A stretch of 64,000 bases of DNA from an uncultured Acidobacteriaceae bacterium (GTDB lineage: Bacteria > Acidobacteriota > Terriglobia > Terriglobales > Acidobacteriaceae): assembly GCA_963824325.1 (NCBI GenBank), contig CAWGPA010000001.1, forward strand, positions 310,393 to 374,392. The letters are read 5' to 3'. This document shows, piece after piece, positions 9,442-17,986 of this stretch (within the stretch, counting starts at the first letter, position 1; every line of letters begins with the position of its first letter). The position numbers were made by a program, and so were the translations under genes. Under the pieces are notes generated by a model. That model did no database searches. It had not been told where the DNA came from and saw only the letters and a program-made list of their open reading frames with translations.

Positions 9442-9939
9442 TTAGCCTACGTGGCCCACGTAATCGGGTGCGTTCACCTGGACCTGAAATCCGTCCGGAT
9501 CATAGAACTTGAAGGACTCTTTGGATGTCTTGTCAGAGAACTTCAGGTTAAGTTCGGACAACCGGGCGCGAACTTCATCTGCGTTGAAGTTCGCGATGCC
9601 AAAGTCGTAATGGTCGACGGTGGCGGTTGGATGTTCGCCTTGCTCAATACCGAAGAAGGAGTTTCCGACGCCCAGGATGTGTACTGTCGCCGACTGCTGC
9701 CGGAGGGGCATCCCGAAGAAGGTTTGATAGAACTGAGATGTACGGTGAAGGTCAGGCACCCGCACAGTGACGTGGTTCAGGCTAACGGCGCGGAAGCCTG
9801 TCGGCGCCGGAGGAGTTGCGAGCGCAACCGGTCCGGCAAACGCGCCAGCGGCTAGCGTGGCGACGGAAACAGCGAATTGACGCCGCGTTAATTTACCGCA
9901 CTCCAAGTCGGCGATCATTCTTTCTATTCTTTCGATCAT
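9442..9939 (-). CDS. VOC (glyoxalase/bleomycin-resistance/dioxygenase) family protein with TAT-like signal
   Basis: ORF 9442..10011. I prefer the ATG at 9939 (MIERIERM...), which is preceded by aaggagg. It has LTRRQFAVSVATLAAGAFA and then SLNHVTVRVPDLHRTSQFYQTFFGM...FYDPDGFQVQV. Confidence 0.8.
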   Translation of the reverse strand: MIERIERMIADLECGKLTRRQFAVSVATLAAGAFAGPVALATPPAPTGFRAVSLNHVTVRVPDLHRTSQFYQTFFGMPLRQQSATVHILGVGNSFFGIEQGEHPTATVDHYDFGIANFNADEVRARLSELNLKFSDKTSKESFKFYDPDGFQVQVNAPDYVGHVG

Positions 9940-9988
9940 GGATTCCTCCTTGCCGAAATAGCTTTGCCAGGCTCGGCCATTCTCCGAG

Positions 9989-11794
9989 CTATCCCGTTCG
10001 GGACTGTTCAATTAACCTCAATCCTTTGCCCTCGGGATCGTTCCGCACTTCGCAGGATGTGTCGAAGTACATGGTTGCGCGAGTATTCGTGGTGTATGCG
10101 GGCCAATGCGGCAGGTCGCTGTGATTCGGATTGCCGGTCCGCGCGAAATTCACCCATGCGGTGCTGATCCGCTTCGATAGTGCAAACGCTTCCAGAGAAC
10201 CAGTACTGTAGTGGTCGCAGATTTCGGCATTGTCGAAGACAAAGGAAATCTCGCAAGCATGAAATGGACCGGGGCGATTGTCGAGTACCGGTGTCCGCCA
10301 GGCATAGACGTAAGCGTAGGCTGGTGCTGCACCCAAATCAGCCTTCCTGGCGGCCTGCGCGAATGAAGGGACGCGGAGGCGAGAGGCCGCAATGGTCGCA
10401 TAGAGGCTGAAGGGAGTCGCCTTGGGATAATCCTGCCGATAGGCATCGATGATCGCTTCACCATCGTCGCCGAATGCCTCGCGAACCAGCCGGCTCAGTT
10501 CCGCAGTTCCCATTGCATTGGCATCCGGGCGGTCGAGGCCGCTCACAAACTCGTGGAGATTGGTGCCGGTGAGCAGCGGGACGTCCGCGGAAAGGCCAGG
10601 CGCTCCGGGATCGAATGGATGATGGGGAAGCACGTGGCCGTCGACGGTGGGCCCCCAATCGCGCTCTCCAAAAGTTTCGCGAAGCGAAGGTTGAGGCCGG
10701 GGCATTTTCTTCATCGCCTCCGCCGCGGCGCCGGAGATGCGGTCAACGGAAATCCTCTGTAGCTCCTTCACCTGCGATTTGGATAAGCCAAGCTCGGCCA
10801 TCGTAAGTTCGGCTACGCGTCCCGAGTAATCAGGAGAGAGCGCTTTCAGGAAAGGCCCGCTCTGCACGATTGCACGATGAAACAAACCTTTGGCCGCCGG
10901 CATGGCCATGAGTGCAAGCACTTTTCCGCCGCCGCCGGATTGGCCAAAGATGGTTACCTTGCCAGGATCGCCTCCAAACATTGTGATGTTGTCGCGGACC
11001 CATTCCAAAACGGCGACGATGTCGAGCATCCCAACATTGGCGGACGAGGCAAATTCCTCTCCCCCGAGGCCTGCCAGGTTGAGATAGCCATAAACATTCA
11101 GACGGTGGTTGTGCGTGACCACAACCACATCGTGGTTGCGGGCGAGGCTCTCGCCATCGTAAGAGAGAAGATCGTGCCCGCTGCCACCGGAGAATCCTCC
11201 CCCATGCATGTACACCATGACCGGGCGTTTATGGGTGGCGTCGATCTGCGGCGTCCAGAGATTGAGACGCAGACAATCCTCGCCAGGCACCGCCATCGCC
11301 GCGCCGCGGTGAAGCACGAACGCATCTTCATCGCTGTTCGCCAGGTTCTTCCCGTCGGTATCGAAGTGGGCAGAATCATGAGTGGGACAAACGCGGCCAT
11401 ATTGCAGCGCATTGCGAATGCCTTTCCAGGGCTCCGGCCTGGCCGGAGGCATGAAGCGGCGCTCGCCCGCGGTCGAAGCACCATAGGGTACGCCCTTAAA
11501 AACGTATACGCCATTCCGCTTGAATCCACGAATCTTTCCCGCGGTCGTTTCTGCAACCGTCGCAGCATCCGATGCAATGACCGAATCTCGTCCGCAAGGC
11601 ACTTCAGCGGATTCGGGATTTGAACGCGCCTCACCTGCGGACTGCCCCCTCATGCTTGTAGGTACGATGAACGAACCGGCCAGCCCTGCCCCAAAGGCCG
11701 CCATTCCGCCCACGAGGGCACGCCGTTTTCTCGAGAAAGCGGTTAAGCGGTCACCGGCTGTTGTTGCTCGTAATTGCTCATCAAACTGTCCCAC
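9989..11794 (-). CDS. type-B carboxylesterase (para-nitrobenzyl esterase-like), TAT/Sec exported
   Basis: Carries [17 protein letters not shown] (GxSxG), [15 protein letters not shown] and GVPYGAST. The start is uncertain: the GTG at 11794 gives MGQFDEQ...[20 protein letters not shown] (twin-arginine-like), while the ORF-track ATG is at 11944. Confidence 0.85.
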   Translation of the reverse strand: MGQFDEQLRATTAGDRLTAFSRKRRALVGGMAAFGAGLAGSFIVPTSMRGQSAGEARSNPESAEVPCGRDSVIASDAATVAETTAGKIRGFKRNGVYVFKGVPYGASTAGERRFMPPARPEPWKGIRNALQYGRVCPTHDSAHFDTDGKNLANSDEDAFVLHRGAAMAVPGEDCLRLNLWTPQIDATHKRPVMVYMHGGGFSGGSGHDLLSYDGESLARNHDVVVVTHNHRLNVYGYLNLAGLGGEEFASSANVGMLDIVAVLEWVRDNITMFGGDPGKVTIFGQSGGGGKVLALMAMPAAKGLFHRAIVQSGPFLKALSPDYSGRVAELTMAELGLSKSQVKELQRISVDRISGAAAEAMKKMPRPQPSLRETFGERDWGPTVDGHVLPHHPFDPGAPGLSADVPLLTGTNLHEFVSGLDRPDANAMGTAELSRLVREAFGDDGEAIIDAYRQDYPKATPFSLYATIAASRLRVPSFAQAARKADLGAAPAYAYVYAWRTPVLDNRPGPFHACEISFVFDNAEICDHYSTGSLEAFALSKRISTAWVNFARTGNPNHSDLPHWPAYTTNTRATMYFDTSCEVRNDPEGKGLRLIEQSRTG

Positions 11795-12035
11795 GGCTGT
11801 ATCCCCTGTGTGAAAGAAGAGATTTAAAGTCGCACGGCCTTCTCTCACCAGCAGGGCCTGTTTTGTTCCCTTTGTGACAGGACCTGATGGACGAGCGTGG
11901 CCCCCGCTACTGTGCACTAGCAGTTGCGCAGCGTGCAAGAGCAAAGTAGCTTAGCCCAGGAGGGTCTGGGTAGGTACGGATCGCGGAACAGACCGGGCTA
12001 ACCATAACCAAGCCTCGAAGGGGCTAAGATGAGAC

Positions 12036-13115
12036 ATGCTCAATAAGATTTGGGACCCGAAGACCGCCCGAATCCTGTGTACGATATCCATCTTTGCTCT
12101 GGGATTGGCGTTTCTGCGCGCCGCGCGGGAAACGCTCGCGCTCTTCCTGTTTGCGATCTTATTCGCGTACTTCGTCGCTCCGCTCGTCGCCCGGTTGGAA
12201 AAGCCTTTGCGGGGCCGCATTCAGGCAATCGGTGCGGTTTACCTCATTCTGATTGCAGTTCTGGTCGGCCTGGGCTTTCTGGCTGGCCCCAAGATCGCTG
12301 CTGAAGGCACCGCGCTTGCGACCACCCTTCCGTCACTGCTGGACAAGGCGGGTTCCGGCGAACTCGTCTCTCAGGTGGGCCAAAAGCACGGATGGAGTGA
12401 AGCCCGGCAGGCCCAGATTCAGAACTTCTTCATTGCGCATAAAGACGACATCCTGGGCTTTGGCCGGGCTGTCGGCCAGAAGCTGGCGGAGCCGGCGCAG
12501 CACATCTGGTGGCTGATTCTCATCCCCATCCTTAGCATCTTCTTCCTTAAGGATGGTCGATCCATTGGTGAGAACCTTATCTCTTTCGGACGCGTCCCGC
12601 AGGACCGGGAGACGGTTCGCGCGATCGTTGGCGATATAAATGTCATGCTCGGCAGCTATATTCGCGCACAGCTGATGCTGGCTTCCCTCACCCTGGTTGC
12701 CTATACGGTGGTGCTGAACATTCTGCACCTGCGGTATGCTCTTATTCTTGGTCCGCTTGCTGGAATCTTCGAGTTTGTTCCGGTGGTAGGGCCGGCGGTG
12801 GCGGCGATCATCGTCTTCGGGATCGCGGTGCTGACGAGTTATCCTCACCTGATTTGGGTGGTGATCTTTCTTGGCGTCTGGCGGTTGGTTCAGGACTACA
12901 TAAACGCCCCGCACATCATGGGCGAGTCATTGGAGATCTCGCCCCTGGTACAGATCCTGGCTGTGCTGTCGGGAGGCGAAATCGCGGGCGTCGTCGGTGC
13001 TCTGATCTCGGTCCCGGCGGTGGCTACGTTGCGCATCCTCTGGCGACGCCTGACCAGCGAAAAGAGGGCCGATGCGCCGGTGGTTCCCATGCCCGCTGAA
13101 AAATCCCCGGGCTAG
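12036..13115 (+). CDS. AI-2E family (PerM/UPF0118) transporter
   Basis: 359 aa, polytopic. Shows the typical AI-2E C-terminal pattern (LILGPLAGIFEFVPVVGPAVAAIIVF...GEIAGVVGALISVPAVA). Confidence 0.85.
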   Translation: MLNKIWDPKTARILCTISIFALGLAFLRAARETLALFLFAILFAYFVAPLVARLEKPLRGRIQAIGAVYLILIAVLVGLGFLAGPKIAAEGTALATTLPSLLDKAGSGELVSQVGQKHGWSEARQAQIQNFFIAHKDDILGFGRAVGQKLAEPAQHIWWLILIPILSIFFLKDGRSIGENLISFGRVPQDRETVRAIVGDINVMLGSYIRAQLMLASLTLVAYTVVLNILHLRYALILGPLAGIFEFVPVVGPAVAAIIVFGIAVLTSYPHLIWVVIFLGVWRLVQDYINAPHIMGESLEISPLVQILAVLSGGEIAGVVGALISVPAVATLRILWRRLTSEKRADAPVVPMPAEKSPG

Positions 13116-13160
13116 AACAAGCTTTACGAAGGGCGCTGGGTTGGCCGTACCGCGAGCTGT

Positions 13161-13215
13161 ATGGGATCGGAGCAAAACCGCCATACAGGCACGCTTTACA
13201 TTGGCGTCACGAGCA
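13161..13215 (+). pseudogene. GIY-YIG nuclease N-terminal remnant
   Basis: Translation ...NRHTGTLYIGVTS matches the GIY-YIG signature block. The rest of the domain is missing and the reading frame runs into repeat sequence. Confidence 0.35.
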
Positions 13216-13262
13216 AACGGTATCTGCCCGTCCGTTGCCCTATAGCAGAAGATTCTGCTCTC

Positions 13263-13833
13263 GGGCTTCGGTGGACGAAAGCTCAGAGCAGCATGTGTAA
13301 GGTGAGCGCCGCCGAGGTCCTTCGACTTCGCGCAGTAAGCGCCGTGTCACGCGATCAATCTGTGAGGCGCTCCGCTCAGAGCCTGTGACTTTATAGATCT
13401 ATCGTGTGAAACCCTCGAACTCAAACAAAATCGTCATCCTGAGCGAAGCGCCTTCACGGTTTGTCACGTGACACGATACTTCTGGCGCGCAGTCGAAGGA
13501 CCCCGGCGGCGCTTATCTTAATCGTAGCTGCTTGGAGCTTTTCAACCACCGAAGCCCGCACCGGGCGGACGCACTGCGGCCTAGTCTAGAAGATGATTAC
13601 CGTGGATGAAGAGATGGACGTGACCATCAAGCGCGTACCGCAGTCGATCCGGCTCTCGAGGTTCCGTGGTTGAAAGCCCCGAGCAGCAGTGGGTAAGATA
13701 AGCGCCGCCGAGGTCCTTCGACTTCGCGCTACCGGCGGCGGGTCACGCGATCAATCTGTGAGGCGCTGCGCTCAGGATGACGATTTTGTTTGAGGTCGAG
13801 GGTTTCACACGAAAGATCTATAAGTCACAGGCT
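13263..13833. repeat. three copies of a ~175-nt REP-like element arranged direct (13263-13379, truncated) / inverted (13380-13557) / direct (13659-13833)
   Basis: I reverse-complemented 13380-13557 by hand and it aligns with 13659-13833. Shared blocks are ggttgaaa(a)gc..agcagc...taagataagcgccgccg(a/g)ggtccttcgact.cgcgc ... cgctcaggatgacgattttgtttgag(g/t)tcgagggtttcacacga(a/t)agatctataa(a)gtcacaggct. 13263-13379 repeats the first two thirds in direct orientation. Confidence 0.8.
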
Positions 13834-14110
13834 CTCAGGATGACGATTTTGTTGAGGTCGAGGGTCACACGAAAGGTCTATAAAGTCACAGGGTCTCAGG
13901 ATGACGATTTTTTGGGAGGTCGAGGGTTTCACACGAAAGATCGATAAGTCACAGGCTCTCAGGATGACGATTTTGTTGGGTCGAGGGTTATCACACGAAA
14001 GGTCATACTAAAGTCACAGGGTCTCAGGATGACGATTTTTTGGGAGGTCGAGGGTTTCACACGAAAGATCGATAAGTCACAGGCTCTCAGGATGACGATT
14101 TTGTGGGATC
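13771..14110. repeat. minisatellite: 5.4 tandem units of 61-65 bp derived from the 3-prime end of the REP-like element
   Basis: Units begin with ctcaggatgacgatttt at 13771, 13834, 13895, 13958, 14023 and 14086 (last one partial). Units 3 and 5 are identical. Odd and even units alternate (..aagatc(g/t)ataagtcacaggct versus ..aaggtc(a)ta(c)taaagtcacagggt), giving a ~126-128-bp higher-order period. Confidence 0.9.
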
Positions 14111-14112
14111 GC

Positions 14113-14595
14113 TTATTCGCGAAGCCAATATTGCGTGCGACCCAGGAGGGGAACGCCCATAAATCCGCGTACCTTTAGCTTGGTCCCGCCTTCCTCTACC
14201 GAGATCAGGCACTTGTAGGTCTTTCCATTCGCCGGGTCGAGGATTGTGCCTCCGGACCACCCTTCGCCGTCCTTTTGAAGATCCCAGAGGATGCGCAGCC
14301 CAATCACCGGTTTTCCCTTCTGCTCACCCGCGCAGTCATCGCAGGTGGGGTTTGGGTCCTTGGGATCCGGGTTCAACAGCTTCTGGATGCGCCCGTACAA
14401 CTTGCCTTTTTCCTCCCAGATAGCCACCACCGACTTAACCTTGCCGGTGACATCGTCAATCGTCTTCCACCGGCCAACGGGCGAACTCGCAGGGCGCGGG
14501 TTGCCTTCCGCCCGGGCGCTCGCGGCGAATAGGGATCCGGACAACACCGATAAGATGAGACACAAGATGAACGACCGTCCCACGACGTCCTCCAC
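14113..14595 (-). CDS. DUF2147 domain-containing exported protein
   Basis: 160 aa with a signal peptide. GRWKTIDDVTGKVKSVVAIWEEKGKLYGRIQKLL...GKPVIGLRILWDLQKDGEGWSGGTILDPANGKTYKC...LKVRGF...GRTQYW is the DUF2147 pattern. Confidence 0.8.
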   Translation of the reverse strand: MEDVVGRSFILCLILSVLSGSLFAASARAEGNPRPASSPVGRWKTIDDVTGKVKSVVAIWEEKGKLYGRIQKLLNPDPKDPNPTCDDCAGEQKGKPVIGLRILWDLQKDGEGWSGGTILDPANGKTYKCLISVEEGGTKLKVRGFMGVPLLGRTQYWLRE

Positions 14596-14794
14596 TTCTT
14601 AGCTTGATTGTGATGCCTGAGAAGGCCCCCGCGCTGCATCCGACGACGCCCTACTTTATCATTTATACCTGCCGGGAGCCTGTGGATGCGGCGCCGGAAC
14701 CAGAATGGGCACAACCGTCGGCGAAACCCAGAAAACCGTCCGTCTACCGACACCCAGGCCACATAAATAGATTCGCAGGCGAAATGGGGCGACG

Positions 14795-15196
14795 ATGAGA
14801 GAGCAATTGCTGCGTTTCAACGGTACCGTCGAACGCGATCCCGCGATCGAGGCGTGGATGAAAGCGCATGGAGGTGAATTGGGAGCCATCGCGCGTGAGT
14901 GGTTTGAGGTGATGCGAAAATGCGGGGACGAAGTCCGGGAGGTATTGCATGACGGTTGTCCGGTTGCATGTCTGGGAGATGTACCCTTCGGCTACGTCAA
15001 TGTATTCAGGTCGCACGTAAACGTAGGATTCTTTCAGGGCTCAGCGCTGCCGGATCCGGCTCGCTTGTTGCAAGGCGCCGGCAAGTTCATGCGGCATGTG
15101 AAGTTGAGACCGGAAACTGCCACAGACACCGTATCGCTCAGCAAGCTTATCGAGACAGCATATTCGGATATAAAGATGCGGGTTGAAAACGGCTAG
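14795..15196 (+). CDS. DUF1801 (YdhG-like) domain protein
   Basis: 133 aa. AIEAWMKAHGGELGAIAREWFEVMRKCGDEVREVLHDGCPVA...VNVGFFQG...LSKLIETAY resembles DUF1801-family proteins. Confidence 0.7.
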   Translation: MREQLLRFNGTVERDPAIEAWMKAHGGELGAIAREWFEVMRKCGDEVREVLHDGCPVACLGDVPFGYVNVFRSHVNVGFFQGSALPDPARLLQGAGKFMRHVKLRPETATDTVSLSKLIETAYSDIKMRVENG

Positions 15197-15228
15197 CTCA
15201 CAGAGTGGAGATTAAAGAGGTTCTTCGA

Positions 15229-15972
15229 TTACGCGTTCGTCCCTCCATCAACGGTGAGATTTGCGCCGGTGATGTATGCAGCTTCCGGACTGGCGACAAA
15301 TGCGACGAGGGCAGCGACCTCATCGACTTTTCCATAACGGTTGAGCGCTGTGACTGCCTTTTGAGGTGTTGCCCAATCCCCCGAAGCAGGATTGAGGTCT
15401 GTATCGATGGGACCCGGCTGCACGTTGTTCACCGTGATGCCTCTGCCCCCAACCTCTCTGGACAAGCTCTGCGCAAACATCTTCACGGCGCCCTTGGTCG
15501 CCGCGTAGGCCGCCAGTCCCGGCGTCAGGTTCCGCTCGCCAACGCACGAACCGATCATAATTATGCGGCCGTTATCATTCATGTGCTTCAAGGCTGCCTG
15601 CGTCGCAATGAACACGCCGCGCACGTTGAGGTTAATGATGTGGTCCATCTCTTCTAGTGTCGTCTCTTCGAACGGCTTTGGAATGGCTGTGCCGGCGTTA
15701 TTCACCAGCACGTCCAGTTTGCCAAGTGAGGCAACGGTCTTCTCAACCGCAGCCCTGACTGCGTCGACATCGACCGCGTCCGCCTGGATGGCAAGAGCTT
15801 TTCCGCCTGCATCTTCAATGGTCTTGACTACGGTAGAAGCTGAGTTTGCATCCTTTGCATAGGTGATAGCCACGCTGGCTCCCTCTGAAGCCAGACGTTT
15901 TGCGATTGCGGCACCGATCCCACGCGATCCGCCCGTTACCAGCGCGACTTTTCCTTCTAATGAGTGAGGCAT
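15229..15972 (-). CDS. SDR family oxidoreductase
   Basis: ORF 15229..16101. The start is set at the ATG at 15972 (MPHSLEGKVALVTGGSRGIGAAIAKRLA), which gives the TGxxxGxG motif at the N-terminus. NNAG and YaatK (YAATKGAVK) motifs are present. Confidence 0.9.
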   Translation of the reverse strand: MPHSLEGKVALVTGGSRGIGAAIAKRLASEGASVAITYAKDANSASTVVKTIEDAGGKALAIQADAVDVDAVRAAVEKTVASLGKLDVLVNNAGTAIPKPFEETTLEEMDHIINLNVRGVFIATQAALKHMNDNGRIIMIGSCVGERNLTPGLAAYAATKGAVKMFAQSLSREVGGRGITVNNVQPGPIDTDLNPASGDWATPQKAVTALNRYGKVDEVAALVAFVASPEAAYITGANLTVDGGTNA

Positions 15973-16126
15973 GTATCTCCATCTTTCTGTTGAGCGAATG
16001 GTTTTCCCTCGATTGAGCGACGAGAGGGGGAAGAAAGCGGCGATGCTGCGATTCGCCATCCAGCGATACTTCGCTGGGCGATGAGCAGATTCCCTGACCA
16101 TAAGGCCGAAACTCCCGAAAGAAAAT

Positions 16127-16160
16127 TGCTTTCTAGGCTGATGGGCTATGCTTTCTAGGC
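16127..16160. promoter_or_regulatory. direct repeat TGCTTTCTAGGC x2 (22-bp register), candidate LysR binding sites
   Basis: tgctttctaggc occurs at 16127-16138 and again at 16149-16160, in the divergent SDR/LysR intergenic region just upstream of the LysR TTG start. Confidence 0.4.
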
Positions 16161-16172
16161 AGAGGGTGACAT

Positions 16173-17075
16173 TTGGAGCTCAGACATCTTCGATACTTTG
16201 TGGCTGTCGCCGAAGCTCGTAGCCTCAAGCTTGCGGCGGAGGAGAAGCTGCATACGACTCAACCATCTTTGAGCCGCCAGATCCGCGATCTCGAAGATGA
16301 GGTGGGCACACCACTTCTCGTAAGAGGTGCAAAGGGTGTCGAACTAACACCGGCGGGGCGGGTGTTTCTAGACCACGCGCGCGTAATGCTTTCCCAGGCT
16401 GAGACGGCGGTACAATCGGCTCGGCAGATCGCTTACCCGGCAAAACCTTCTTTCGCTTTGGGCTTCATGATTGGCCACGACCGGACATGGCTTCCTGAAG
16501 CCCTCAAGCTTCTTCGTGACGAATTGCCCAATATCCATGTGGTGATCTCTACCCAGAACTCTCCCCAACTGGCCACTGCCCTCCTACATGGCGGAATTGA
16601 CCTGGCCTTTCTTCGCCAGGAAGACGGGGGCAACGAGTTGGAATTCAGGACTCTGGTCGAAGAATCATTCGAGGTATATCTGCCTTCCAATCATCCCCTC
16701 GCGGCGAAGGACGCAATCGATATCCAGGAGATTGTGGGGGAAACATTCATCAGCGTTTCTGGAACGGCTCTCAGCATCTCAGGAAAACAGCCGGCACTGC
16801 GACGAGCCATCGACAAATATCTCAAAGACAATGGCATCGAACTCAGACCAAGCCATGAGGTAGACAATCTGGGTGGCGTGATGTCTCTCATTCCCTCTAC
16901 GCGGGGGATTGCGCTCCTGCCTGTTTACGCAAAGACCTTTCTTCCCGACTCTGTTACCACCCGTCCACTCCGCGGTGTCGGGCCAAAGATAGACCTATCG
17001 GTCGGTTATCGTAAGGCCAACCCCTCTCCCATCCTGAAGCTGTTTCTTTCGAGGATCGATAAGCTCACCATCTGA
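16173..17075 (+). CDS. LysR family transcriptional regulator
   Basis: 300 aa with a TTG start. N-terminal wHTH is MELRHLRYFVAVAEARSLKLAAEEKLHTTQPSLSRQIRDLEDEVG. It is divergent from the SDR gene. Confidence 0.9.
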   Translation: MELRHLRYFVAVAEARSLKLAAEEKLHTTQPSLSRQIRDLEDEVGTPLLVRGAKGVELTPAGRVFLDHARVMLSQAETAVQSARQIAYPAKPSFALGFMIGHDRTWLPEALKLLRDELPNIHVVISTQNSPQLATALLHGGIDLAFLRQEDGGNELEFRTLVEESFEVYLPSNHPLAAKDAIDIQEIVGETFISVSGTALSISGKQPALRRAIDKYLKDNGIELRPSHEVDNLGGVMSLIPSTRGIALLPVYAKTFLPDSVTTRPLRGVGPKIDLSVGYRKANPSPILKLFLSRIDKLTI

Positions 17076-17184
17076 GCCTCACTCCTACACAGAATTGCCC
17101 GAGAAGCCCCGGGGTTCGGTAGATTTCCCAGAAGATCCATATGTATTACACTTTGGTAAGACACTTCTTTCGGGGAGGTATGAG

Positions 17185-17427
17185 ATGAGGGTGAGTTCCA
17201 TTATCAGTTCCAAGGGACAGATTGTGATTCCCGCCAACCTGAGAAAACGCTACGGGCTAAAAGAGGGCACGACCGTAGTGTTTCAGGAAGACCGTGGCCG
17301 GTTGGTACTTGAGCCCAGCAATCACGCCGCGATTTATGCCCTGCAAGGCAGCCTTGCGGGTCTCCCGCTCGAAGAGGATCTGGCTGAGGAGCGGGACGCG
17401 GAGCAGAAGCGAGAGAACAGACGGTGA
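17185..17427 (+). CDS. vapB: AbrB/SpoVT-type antitoxin (VapB-like)
   Basis: ATG at 17185 lies after ggggagg. MRVSSIISSKGQIVIPANLRKRYGLKEGTTVVFQEDRGRLVLEP is a SpoVT/AbrB swapped-hairpin motif. Its stop overlaps the next start (GTGA). Confidence 0.8.
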   Translation: MRVSSIISSKGQIVIPANLRKRYGLKEGTTVVFQEDRGRLVLEPSNHAAIYALQGSLAGLPLEEDLAEERDAEQKRENRR

Positions 17428-17837
17428 AAGAATACGTCCTGGATGCAAACGCGGTGCTCCGCTACTTCGGTGTCAGCGAGGGACAAGGTACCAACAAGGT
17501 TCGCGCACTCTTCGAACAGGCAGAGCGTGGACAGGCACGGCTTTCGATGTCCGTGGTCAACCTGGGCGAAGTCTTTTACGTTCTGCTCAAGCATGTGGGC
17601 GAGCCGCGTGCCCGGCATTACGTTCAGGTACTTCAACATGTGGCAACGATGGTCGAAGCAGATGCCGCACAAGCCCTCGGCGCGGCAGAGATGAAGCACA
17701 AGTACAAGCTTGGCTACGCGGACAGCTTTGCTGCGGCGCTAGCAGTGAGTTTGAAAGCAACTCTCGTATCGGCCGATCCGGGGTTCGAAAAACTTGGCAA
17801 GACGCTCAAGTGGGTTCGCCTGCCAAAATTTGCATAG
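17424..17837 (+). CDS. vapC: PIN-domain toxin (VapC family)
   Basis: 137 aa with a GTG start overlapping the antitoxin stop by 4 nt. YVLDANAVLRYF supplies the N-terminal acidic residue; later AAEMKHKYKLGYADSFAAALA...LVSADPGFEKL. Confidence 0.8.
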   Translation: MKEYVLDANAVLRYFGVSEGQGTNKVRALFEQAERGQARLSMSVVNLGEVFYVLLKHVGEPRARHYVQVLQHVATMVEADAAQALGAAEMKHKYKLGYADSFAAALAVSLKATLVSADPGFEKLGKTLKWVRLPKFA

Positions 17838-17986
17838 TGCATTTCCTCTCTCTCATTTTGATGGGCCAATCCCCGCTATCGACTTCGGAGACGACCAGGA
17901 AGGGATTCCAGGCGAGCAGGGCGATTTGAGCGCCGATCTTGTCCTTCTCCAGCATCGATGCTTGCCCGCTGTAAGATGGCAAAATC

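Noticed and set aside
13771-14110. Possible CRISPR array (regularly spaced ~63-bp periodicity)
   Set aside because: The units are contiguous tandem copies of each other with no unique spacers between conserved repeats. No cas genes or leader are nearby. It is a minisatellite derived from the adjacent REP-like element.
15973-16101. N-terminal extensions given by the ORF track. This one is for the SDR; the same applies at 9940-10011, 21855-21944, 23502-23534, 23560-23622, 25803-25946, 28681-28947, 30628-30702, 36623-36802, 39901-40095 and 59813-59842.
   Set aside because: In each case an internal start places the family N-terminal motif (Rossmann GxGxxG, signal peptide, wHTH) at the expected position and often follows a GGAGG-like site. 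The extensions overlap neighbouring genes or promoters.
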